A DNA stretch of 64,000 bases from Mobula hypostoma. Its lineage: Eukaryota. The notes beneath the pieces were generated by a model. That model saw only the letters and a program-made list of their open reading frames with translations, was not told the origin of the DNA and did not search any database. The position numbers and the translations under genes are program-made. Positions 52,325-61,854 of the stretch are shown here, piece by piece; position 1 is the stretch's first letter; every line of letters starts with the position of its first letter. The stretch spans positions 115,508,001 through 115,572,000 of the forward strand of contig NC_086107.1 of assembly GCF_963921235.1 (NCBI RefSeq), read 5' to 3'.

Positions 52325-55247
52325 GAAGAATGCCTTGGGGTTTTCCTTTACCCTACTCGCCAAGGCCTTCTCATGCCCCCTTCTTGCTCTTCTCAGCCCC
52401 TTCTTAAGCTCCTTTCTTGTTTCCCTATATTCCTCAATAGACCCATCTGATCCCTGCTTCCTAAACCTCATGTATGCTGCCTTCTTCCACTGGACTAGAT
52501 TCTCCACCTCACTTGTCACCCATGGTTCCTTCACCCTACCATTCTTTATCTTCCTCACCGGGACAAATTTATCCCTAACATCCTGCAAGAGATCCCTAAA
52601 CATTGACCACATGTCCATAGTACATTTCCCTGCAAAAACATCATCCCAATTCACACCCGCAAGTTCTAGCCTTATAGCCTCATAATTTGCCCTTCCCCAA
52701 TTAAAAAATTTCCTGTCCTCTCTGATTCTATCCTTTTCCATGATAATGCTAAAGGCCAGGGAGCGGTGGTCACTGTCCCCCAGATGCTCACCCACCGAGA
52801 GATCTGTGACCTGACCCGGTTCATTACCTAGTACTAGATCTAGTATGGCATTCCCCCTGGTCAGCCTGTCAACATATGGTGACAGGAATCCATCCTGGAC
52901 ACACTTAACAAACTCTGCCCCATCTAAACCCTTGGAACTAATCAGGTGCCACTCAATATTAGGGAAGTTAAAGTCACCCATGATAACAACCCTGTTATTT
53001 TTGCACCTTTCCAAAATCTGCCTCCCAATCTGCTCCTCTGTATCTCTGCTGCTACCAGGGGGCCTATAGAATACCCCCAGTAGAGTAACTGCTCCCTTCC
53101 TGTTCCTGACTTCCAGACATTTTGACTCAAAAGAGGATCCTGCTACATTACCCACCCTTTCTGTAGCTGTAATGGTATCCCTGACTAGTAATGCCACCCC
53201 TCCTCCCCTTTCTCCCCCCTCCCTATCCCTTTTAAAGCACGAAATCCAGGAACATTGAGAACCCATTCCTGCCCTGGTGCCAGCCAAGTCTCTGTAATGG
53301 CCACTACATCATAATTCCACGTATGTATCCAAGCTCTCAGTTCATCACCTTTGTTCCTGAAGCTTTCTGCATTGAAGTACATGCATTTTAGCCCTTCTAC
53401 CTTACTATCTTTACACCCTTTATTCTGCTTCTCTTTCCCCAAAGCCTCTTTATATGTTAGATCTGGCTTTACTCCATGCACTATACTTGCAGTTCTCACA
53501 TGACCTTCATCCTCCTCCACCTCACTATCTGCTCTAACACTCTGGTTCCCCTCCCCCTGAAAATCTAGTTTAAACCCCCTGGAGCAGCACTAGCAAACCT
53601 TCCCACAAGGACGTCAGTTCCCCTCCAGTTCAGGTGCAACCTGTCCCATCGGAACATGTCCCACCTTCCCTGGAGCAAGACCCAATTGTCCAGAAACATG
53701 AAGCCCTCCCTCCTGCACCAACTCCTTAGCCACGTATTTAGCTGCATTATCTTCCTATTTCTAGCCTCACTAGCACGTGGCACGGATAGCAATCCTGAGA
53801 TTGCAACCCTGGAGGTCCTGTCCTTCAACTTTGCACTAACTCCCTAAATTCTCTTTGCAGGACCTCCTCCTCCTTCCTATCACAAGTAGACAGGGTGAAT
53901 AAGACATTTGACACTGTTGCCTTCACCAGTCACTGAATACAAGGTTTGGAGGTCACATTGCAGTTGTACAAGATGTTGCTGGGGATGTATCTTGTGTTCA
54001 GATTTGGTTTCCCTGTCACAGGAAGATGCCATCGAACTGGAAGGAGTACAGAGGGGATTTACAAGGCTGTTGCTGGGACTCGGGGGGCTGAGGTATGGAG
54101 AGAAATTGGGCAGGTTGGGACTTTTTTTATTTATTAGAGTGCAGGAGACTGAGGGGTGACCTTACAGGGGTATGAAACCACGAGGGTCACAGAGAGGGTG
54201 AATGTGCACAGTCTTTCCTCCCAGGGTTGGGGATCAAGAGGCGGGGGAACAGGTTTAAGGTGAGAGGGAAGAGATTTAATAGGGACCCAAGGGGCAACGT
54301 TTTCACCAAGAGGGTGGTCTGTTTATGGAACGAGCTACCAGAGGAACTGGTTGGGGCAGGTACATTAACAGCATTTTAAAGACCCTTGGACAGGTCTGTG
54401 GGCAGGAAAGCTTTAGAGGGACATGGGACAGACGGGACTGGCTGACATAGGGATCTGGATCTGCAGGGACCAGATGGGCTGAAGGGGCTGTTTCCAGGCC
54501 ATGTGTCTCTGTGACTCTGCACTCGGAGGTAAGATTACTCCCTCAAATCAGTGGCAGGGTTTCAAGCCAGGCCCTCCAGCTCTGAACGCCCAGGAGAGTT
54601 TCCCAAGGAAATGGCTCAGGGATACACTCAGGCATGGCTGCCACAGGTGGAGGAGGCAATCCCCAACGTCATCTACTGAGAGACTGCTGGGTAAACAATA
54701 GCATGGAAACCAGTCTCCCCCCTACTCCCCGTCCCATTGTCCAGCACTGTCACCTGTGTGTGGGAGAGGCAAGGAGAGTAGGGGGGGATGGGGGGAGTGT
54801 CAATGAGGAGGGAGGAGTGACATTGGGGCAGTGTGGAGGGAGGTTTTTTCTTCTCCCTTCCACTCTGGGACAGTCTCTCTCTCCTCCCTGCCTTCTGCCC
54901 CCACTCTCCCTGACCCTGTCCCTCAATCTCTCAACCACTCTTCTCCCCATTTTCCTTCCTCCAATTGTTTCACTCTGCTTCCTTCTCCCTACTTCCTCCC
55001 CTCGCTCTCCCCTTTCCCTCCTCTCTTGCTCATGTTCACTCTCCCTCTCTACTTCCTCTCCCTCCCCAACTCTCCCACATTCCCCCCACCACACCCCTCT
55101 CTCCCTCTCTCTCTAACTCTCACTCTCTTCAAGGAGCTTCTCAAATGACTCATTTCCTGTTTTTCTCGCAGTCTCAGCAGTAGAGGTTTTAATCTGTGCA
55201 CAACACCTGCCAACAGTTCAAAATTAGAAAACGTTCTCTGCCAGGGC

Positions 55248-56478
55248 AGTGTGTGATGGGACAGTGTCACTCTGTGTCTGACCCCGGGAGTGTGTGATGA
55301 GATGGTGTGGAGTGAGATTCACTCTGTGTCTGACCCCGGGAGTGTGTGATGGGACGGTGTGGAGGGAGATTCACTCTGTGTCTGACCCCGGGAGTGTGTG
55401 ATGGGACGGTGTGGAGGGAGATTCACTCTGTGTCTGACCCCGGGAGTGTGTGATGGGACGGTGTGGAGGGAGTTTCAGTCTGTGTCTGACCCCGGGAGTG
55501 TGTGATGGGACGGTGTGGAGGGAGATTCACTCTGTGTCTGACCCCGGGAGTGTGTGATGGGGTGATGGGTCGGTGTGGGGGGAACTTCACTCTGTGTCTG
55601 ACCCCGGGAGTGTGTGATGGGACGGTGTGGAGGGAGATTCACTCTGTGTCTGACCCCGGGAGTGTGTGATGGGACGGTGTGGAGGGGGTTTCAGTCTGTG
55701 TCTGACCCCGGGAGTGTGTGATGGGACGGTGTGGAGGGAGATTCACTCTGTGTCTGACCCCGGGAGTGTCTGATGGGGTGATGGGTCGGTGTGGGGGGAA
55801 CTTCACTCTGTGTCTGACCCCGGGAGTGTGTGATGGGACGGTGTGAAGGGAGCTTCACTCTGTGTCTGACCCCGGGAGTGTGTGATGGGACGGTGTGGAG
55901 GGAGTTTCAGTCTGTGTCTGACCCCGGGAGTATGTGATGGGACGGTGTGGAGGGAGATTCACTCTGTGTCTGACCCCGGGAGTGTGTGATGGGATGGTGT
56001 GGAGGGAGTTTCAGTCTCTTTGACCCCGGGAGTGTGTGATGGGACGGTGTGGAGGGAGATTCACTCTGTGTCTGACCCCGGGAGTGTGTGATGGGTCGGT
56101 GTGGGGGGAGCTTCACTCTGTGTCTGACCCCGGGAGTGTGTGATGGGACGGTGTGAAGGGAGCTTCACTCTGTGTCTGACCCCGGGAGTGTGTGATGGGA
56201 CGGTGTGGGGGGAGCTTCACTCTGTGTCTGACCCCGGGAGTGTGTGATGGGACGGTGTGAAGGGAGCTTCACTCTGTGTCTGACCCCGGGAGCGTGTGAT
56301 GGGTCGGTGTGGGGGGAGCTTCGCTCTGTGTCTGACCCCAGGAGCGGGTGATGGGACGGTGTGGAGGGAGCTTCACTCTGTGTCTGACCCCGGGAGTGTG
56401 TGATGGGACGGTGTGGAGGGAGTTTCACTCTGTGTCTGACCCTGGGAGTGTGTGATGGGACGGTGTGGAGGGAGTTTC
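55248..56478 (+). repeat. 52-bp minisatellite array (same family as 33270-34142)
   Basis: About 23 copies of the same unit. Confidence 0.95.
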
Positions 56479-56505
56479 GGTGAGAAAGGGCTGTCTGGTA
56501 TTGGG

Positions 56506-56575
56506 TGTGGTGGGGGTGTGTGTTGTATGTTCAGGGAGGAAGCAGATATTCCCCAGAGGGGATGCTGAGCGGAAG
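56506..56575 (+). promoter_or_regulatory. Putative TATA-less promoter with RUNX, ETS/PU.1 and EBF-like motifs
   Basis: TGTGGT 56506-56511, GAGGAAG 56536-56542, ATTCCCCAGAG 56548-56558, CGGAAG 56570-56575; 130-200 bp upstream of the ATG. Confidence 0.35.
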
Positions 56576-56705
56576 GAGCTCTCTGCAGACTCTGCTAAGT
56601 CTTCTGTGCATATCTGTATCTCCGACACTCCCCTCTCCGAGGTCAGAATCCTATGGCTCCCGAAATGAAGTCCTGCTGATCTTCTCCTGGTTGGCTCGAT
56701 CCACC

Positions 56706-56793
56706 ATGCCTTGCGATGCTCCCCCTCTTGGGGCTTGTCTGCTCTTCCTGCTCTGCTCTGTCCTGGCCTCAAAGAACCAGATCTTGGGCCGAG
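56706..56793 (+). CDS. cd19: Signal-peptide exon of an Ig-superfamily (CD19-like) gene
   Basis: Kozak-like CCACCATG; MPCDAPPLGACLLFLLCSVLASKNQILGR; 88 nt ending in a phase 1 G|gtaaag donor. Symbol is tentative. Confidence 0.65.
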
Positions 56794-56859
56794 GTAAAGG
56801 AGGGAGATTCCGGGGAGCAGGTGTGGGGCCAAAGGGCTGGCTCCCTCAAGGGAGAAGGG

Positions 56860-57835
56860 GCGAGAGGGGGTGCAGGGTCAACGAGAGATGGGAGAGAGGG
56901 GGTGCAGGGTCAACGAGACATGGAGAGGAAGTGAGTGGAGGGGAGAGCAGTGGGGGGAAGGGGAAGGGAAGGCGAGGGAGTGTAATGGGGAAGCGGGAAT
57001 GGGAGAGAGTGGAGGAGACAGAGGTGAATGGGGGGCTGATGAGAGGGGGAGGAGAGAGGAGGGTGTGAGAGAAAGGGAAGGGGAAGAGAATGAGGGGGAG
57101 GAGTGGGCACAGTATGATGAGGAGAGAGTGTATGGGTGAAGAGGAAGGGGAGAGAGAGGTGTGGAAAGAGGGAAGTGGGGCAAGGGGGAGAGAGAGATGG
57201 GGGTACAGAGAGTGATGAAAGTGGGGCTGAAAGGGGTGGCCTGAGGGTGGGGAATACCGTGGCAGAGAGAGAGAAGGAAGGCAGCAGAGAAAAAGGGAAG
57301 GAAGGAGTGTTGAGGGGTTGCATAGTAACAGGGTGAATGGGGGAACAGGGAAGGGGTGGGGGTGAGAGTGGAATGCAGAGAGAGGGTTGGGGAGAGCAGA
57401 GAGATGGGGAGGGGGGAACCGGAAAGGGGTGGGGGGGAGGTTGAAGAGAGAGGTGGGAGGACAGTAGCGAAATGGCAGGCCGTGGTGGAGAGAGAGAATT
57501 GGGCAGAAGGGTGGTGGGCAAAGGGGACAGGGAGGGAGGGGAGATAGAGATGCAGAAAGAGAGAATATGTCAGAGACAGGCAGAGGGGTAGAGAGAGAGT
57601 TTGGGAAAGATAGTGGTGGAGAGGCAGAGAGAGGGTGGGAGATTGGGAAGAAGTGGAGAGGTGAGGAAATAGAGAAGCAGGAGAGAGGCAGTGGGATAGG
57701 GAGCGAGGGAGAGAGGTGTGAAGCGGGTCCGTGACAGAGAGGGGGTGGGGATCGAGAGAGGGAAGGGAAAAGAGACAGAAAGAGAGACAGAGAAGAGGGA
57801 GAGGAGGAGTACTGTCAGAGAGAGGGAAGGGGGTG
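56860..57835. repeat. Purine-rich low-complexity intronic tract
   Basis: G/A-dominated, no regular period. Confidence 0.75.
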
Positions 57836-58611
57836 GCAAGGTGTTGCATTTTGGGAAGACAAACCAGGGCCGGGCTTTCAGTGGACAGCAGGGCCCTGAG
57901 GAGTGTTGTAGGGTGGGTGACAGAGCGGTTCAGGTACGTGGTTCACTCAAAGTGGCATCACAGCTGGACAGGACGGTGAGAAAGGCATTTGGCACCCTGG
58001 CCTTCGTCTGAAGGGCACTGAGGTCAGGAGTTGGGAGGTCACGTTACAGGTCAAGAGTTGGGAGGTCACGTTACAGGTCCGGAGTTGGGAGGTCACGTTA
58101 CAGGTCAGGAGTTGGGAGGTCACGTTACAGGTCCGGAGTTGGGAGGTCACGTTACAGGTCCGGAGTTGGGAGGTCACGTTACAGGTCAGGAGTTGGGAGT
58201 TTACGTTACAGTTGTACAAGACGTTGGTGAGGCCGCACTTGGGCTATTGTGTTCAGTTTTGGTCGCCCTTCTATCGGAAAGATACCGTGAAGCTGGAGAG
58301 ATGCAGAGAAGATTGATGAGGATATTGACGGGGCTCGAGGGACTGAGTTATGGAGATCGGTGGGTAGGCTGGGACTTTATTCCCTGGAGCGTAGGAGACT
58401 AAAGGGTTACCTTACAGAGGTGTATAAAACCACGAGGGGTACGGACAGGGTGAATGTGCACCGTCTTTTCCCCCAGGGTTGGGGAATCTAGAACCAGAGG
58501 GAACAGGTTTAAAGTGAGAGGGGAAAGATGTAACAGGGACATGAACAACTTTTTCACCCAGAGGGTGGTGTGTGTGTGGAACGAGCTGCCAGAGGAAGTG
58601 GCTGAGGCAGG
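57836..58611 (+). mobile_element. Degenerate CR1 LINE 3' fragment with an internal 27-bp x ~7 tandem expansion (58020-58210)
   Basis: KVLHFGKTN, SLKVASQLDRTV and FFTQRVVCVWNELP motifs; (CAGGTCAGGAGTTGGGAGGTCACGTTA)n. Confidence 0.85.
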
Positions 58612-59070
58612 TCCACACCCTCCCGTCACACTCTCCCGGGGTCAGACACAGAGTGAAACTCCCTCCACACCGTCCCGTCACACTCTCCCGGGGTCAGACA
58701 CAGAGTGAAACTCCCTCCACACCGTCCCATCACACTCTCCCGGGGTCAGACACAGAGTGAAACTCCCTCCACACCCTCCCGTCACACTCTCCCGGGGTCA
58801 GACACAGAGTGAATCTCCCTCCACACCGTCCCATCACACACTCCCGGGGTCAGACACAGAGTGAATCTCCCTCCACACCGTCCCATCACACACTCCCGGG
58901 GTCAGACACAGAGTGAATCTCCCTCCACACTGTCCCATCACACACTCCCGGGGTCAGACACAGAGTGAATCTCCCTCCACACTGTCCCATCACACACTCC
59001 CGGGGTCAGACACAGAGTGAATCTCCCTCCACACCGTCCCATCACACAGTCCCGGGGTGAGACACAGAGT
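58612..59070 (-). repeat. 52-bp minisatellite array, reverse orientation
   Basis: Reverse complement of the unit at 33270, ~9 copies. Confidence 0.93.
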
Positions 59071-59099
59071 AAAGGTCTGTGCACATGGTCCTATCAAAT

Positions 59100-59577
59100 C
59101 TGAAGGGGCACAATTGGAGGAAAGTATAAGGGGGAATGTCGGAAACACAAGAGATGCTGCAGGTGCTGGAAGTCCACAGTCACACAGGCAAAACGCTGGA
59201 GGAACTCAGCAGGTCAGTCAGCATCTACGGAAATGAATAAACAGTTGACATTTTGTCGGAACCGGGTGAAAGGTCTTGGCCCGAAATGTCTACTGCCCAT
59301 TCATTTCTGTAGATATTGCCTGACCTGTGCTGAGGTCGTCCAGCGGTTTGTAGGGGGGATGCCAGCGGTAGGTTTTTTTACACAGAGACTGGTGGGTGTG
59401 TGGAAGGCCCTGCCAGGGCTGGTGCTGGGTGTGCAGAAACATTAGGGACGTGTAAGAGACTCCCAGATAGGCACGTGGATGAAAGGAGGACAGACGGCTA
59501 TGTGGTTAGATTGATTGTGGAGTAGTTCACAACACCATGTGCTGAAGGGCCTGGAATGTGATCTACTGTTCTGTTCA
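59100..59577 (+). mobile_element. CR1 LINE 3' end interrupted by an older inverted Penelope-like insert (~59142-59350)
   Basis: FFTQRLVGVWKALP and a LINE tail; the insert resembles 46953-47082 and 50453-50667 and has the remnant GGTCTTGGCCCGAAATGTC. Confidence 0.7.
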
Positions 59578-59606
59578 CCCAAATACCTCCCTCCGTCCAC
59601 CAACAG

Positions 59607-59882
59607 TGGGAAACACGGTGGAGCTGCCGTGCCTTAGAGAGGGAAATGTATCCCGGACCCGGCAGCAGGTGAACTGGAGCCGTACTCTGCAAGGCGTTGT
59701 CCACCAGCTGGCATCTGTGAATGTGAGCAAGGGGGAGTGGCCTGGCAAGCAGGTAACCCTGATCTATGACGACGTCCTTTACCTCCTGCTTCACAATGTG
59801 TCCTCGGATGACGCTGGGGGCTACCTGTGCGTCGCCGGGAATGGGAGTGTGTGGGCCACTTTGGTGTGCATCCAGAACCACA
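59607..59882 (+). CDS. cd19: Ig-like domain 1 exon of the CD19-like gene
   Basis: caacag acceptor and A|gtaagt donor; 276 nt, phase 1-1; GNTVELPCLREGNVSRTRQQVNWSR...LLLHNVSSDDAGGYLC with the Ig Cys-Trp-Cys triad. Confidence 0.75.
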
Positions 59883-59910
59883 GTAAGTCCGACTATATCT
59901 TGTCTGTCAC

Positions 59911-59911
<1 letters not shown>

Positions 59912-59948
<37 letters not shown>
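59912..59948. repeat. (CA)n microsatellite
   Basis: Direct inspection. Confidence 0.9.
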
Positions 59949-59949
<1 letters not shown>

Positions 59950-59950
<1 letters not shown>

Positions 59951-60995
59951 GTCCGGGATCAGACACAGAGTGAATCTCCCTCCACACCGTCCCATCACAC
60001 ACTCCCGGGATCAGACACAGAGTGAATCTCCCTCCACACCGTCCCATCACACACTCCCGGGGTCAGACACAGAGTGAAGCTCCCTCCACACCGTCCCATC
60101 ACACACTCCCAGGGTCAGACACAGAGTGAATCTCCCTCCACACCGTCCCATCACACACTCCCGGGGTCAGACACAGAGTGAATCTCCCTCCACACTGTCC
60201 CATCACATACTCCCGGGGTCAGACACAGAGTGAATCTCCCTCCACACTGTCCCATCACACACTCCCGGGGTCAGACACAGAGTGAATCTCCCTCCACACC
60301 GTCCCATTACACACTCCCGGGGTCAGACACAGAGTGAATCTCCCTCCACACCGTCCCATCACACACTCCTTGGGTCAGACACTGAGTGAAACTCCCTCCA
60401 CACCGTCCCATCATACACTCCCGGGGTCAGACACAGAGTGAATCTCCCTCCACACTGTCCCATCACACACTCCCGGGATCAGACACAGAGTGGAACTCCC
60501 TCCACACAGTCCCATCACACACTCCCGGGGTCAGACACAGAGTGAATCTCCCTCCACACTGTCCCATCACACACTCCCGGGGTCAGACACAGAGTGAATC
60601 TCCCTCCACACTGTCCCATCACACACTCCTGGGGTCAGACACAGAGTGAATCTCCCTCCACACTGTCCCATCACACACTCCCGGGGTCAGACACAGAGTG
60701 AATCTCCCTCCACACCATCCCATCACACACTCCTTGGGTCAGACACTGAGTGAAACTCCCTCCACACCGTCCCATCACACACTCCCGGGGTCAGACACAG
60801 AGTGAATCTCCCTCCACACTGTCCCATCACACACTCCCGGGGTCAGACACAGAGTGAAGCTCCCTCCACACCGTCCCATCGCACACTCCCAGGGTCAGAC
60901 ACAGAGTGAATCTCCCTCCACACCGTCCCTTCACACACTCCCGGGGTCAGACACAGTGAATCTCCCTCCACACCGTCCCATCGCACACTCCCGGG
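59950..60995 (-). repeat. 52-bp minisatellite array, reverse orientation
   Basis: About 20 copies. Confidence 0.95.
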
Positions 60996-61038
60996 ACGCA
61001 GGCCGTTAGCAAAACCTTCACCAGCTCTCTGTCTCCAG

Positions 61039-61113
61039 CAGGTGGTGTTGGACTTTCAGAGGGAACTAATATACCTTGGACATGTGAGGGGTTCGAAATT
61101 CAGCTAGTAAACG
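61039..61113 (+). CDS. cd19: Putative short inter-Ig spacer exon of the CD19-like gene
   Basis: Pyrimidine tract with a CAGCAG (NAGNAG) acceptor and G|gtaatc donor; 75 nt, phase 1-1, open: TGGVGLSEGTNIPWTCEGFEIQLVN. Confidence 0.45.
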
Positions 61114-61453
61114 GTAATCTGTGGCAATGCGCTGTCTAATTCTGTACGGGACCTGTCTTTGTATCTATGGGGTTGGGAAAATGCATTCTCTCCCACCTCA
61201 GTCCTACCTCCCCTCCTGTCTGCCTCTCTCATCCCTTGACTCTCTCTTCTTTCTCTCTCCCCTTTTCTCCCCGTTCTCCCCTCTCTCCTCCCTCCGCTCC
61301 TCTTTTCTCTTCCATCTCTCCTCATCATTTTCCTTCTCCAACCCCTTCCTCATCACTGCTCTCACTCATCTGTCTCTCCACCACCCTCCCCCTCCCAGAT
61401 CTCTCCCTCTGTCACTCTACCCCCTACCCATTAGTGATTCTCTTTGCCTCCAG

Positions 61454-61723
61454 TCTCTCGGAACAGCTGCCTCTCCCTCGGAGACACAGCCGTCCTCAGC
61501 TGCCCTCAGGCCGCCAAACCTCCGTTCCACTTGTTACACCGAGGGATGGAGCCCGGAAAACAGCGCTGCTCGTCGATCTTCGGCAGGGTGAACCTGCATC
61601 CAGGGTATGGTCTGCGACTCAGCAGGGGCTGGCCCCTCCTCATCCTCCGCCTGCAGCAATCCGGCTACTACTTCTGCAGTCCTGATGGTCTCAAATATAG
61701 TGTGGATCTCGTCCAGCGATCAG
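61454..61723 (+). CDS. cd19: Ig-like domain 2 exon of the CD19-like gene (missed by the ORF track)
   Basis: cctccag acceptor and G|gtagtc donor; 270 nt, phase 1-1; SRNSCLSLGDTAVLSCPQAAKPPFHLLHRG...LLILRLQQSGYYFCSPDGLKYSVDLVQRS. Confidence 0.7.
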
Positions 61724-61854
61724 GTAGTCTGCCTATCTCCGTAAACCTCGTTATAGTCCTCTCCCCATCTCTGTCACCACGCTCCCTCCTTATAAAACCC
61801 ACTCTCTACTACACTGCTTCCCACCCGCGTGACCCTTGCCCTCCCCTCCCCTCC

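Larger units (their letters stand above)
47126..53879 (-). mobile_element. Near full-length CR1 LINE B (part of ORF1 esterase, plus ORF2 endonuclease and RT), frameshifted and interrupted twice
   Basis: ORF1 SGNH-esterase-like WCRREGFMFLDNW...DRLHLN (53565-53828); endonuclease motifs AITETWL, MGDFN, GDSDH; RT motifs NYRPVSLTS, DFSKAFDKVPH, KFADDTK; (TTCTATG)n tail at 47126. Pieces: 47126-48682, 51476-51688, 52325-53879. Confidence 0.93.
46925..54520 (+). mobile_element. Old CR1 LINE fragment A (pieces 46925-47125 and 53880-54520), host of nested insertions
   Basis: ...GAAAGTGGTGTCA (47125) rejoins CAAGTAGACAGGGTG (53883) to read KVVSQVDRV, then ELEGVQRGFTRLL and the 3' end. Confidence 0.75.

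Noticed and set aside
59607..59882. Rearranging Ig/TCR V segment
   Set aside because: Ends in a splice donor with no heptamer/nonamer RSS and is followed by further spliced exons
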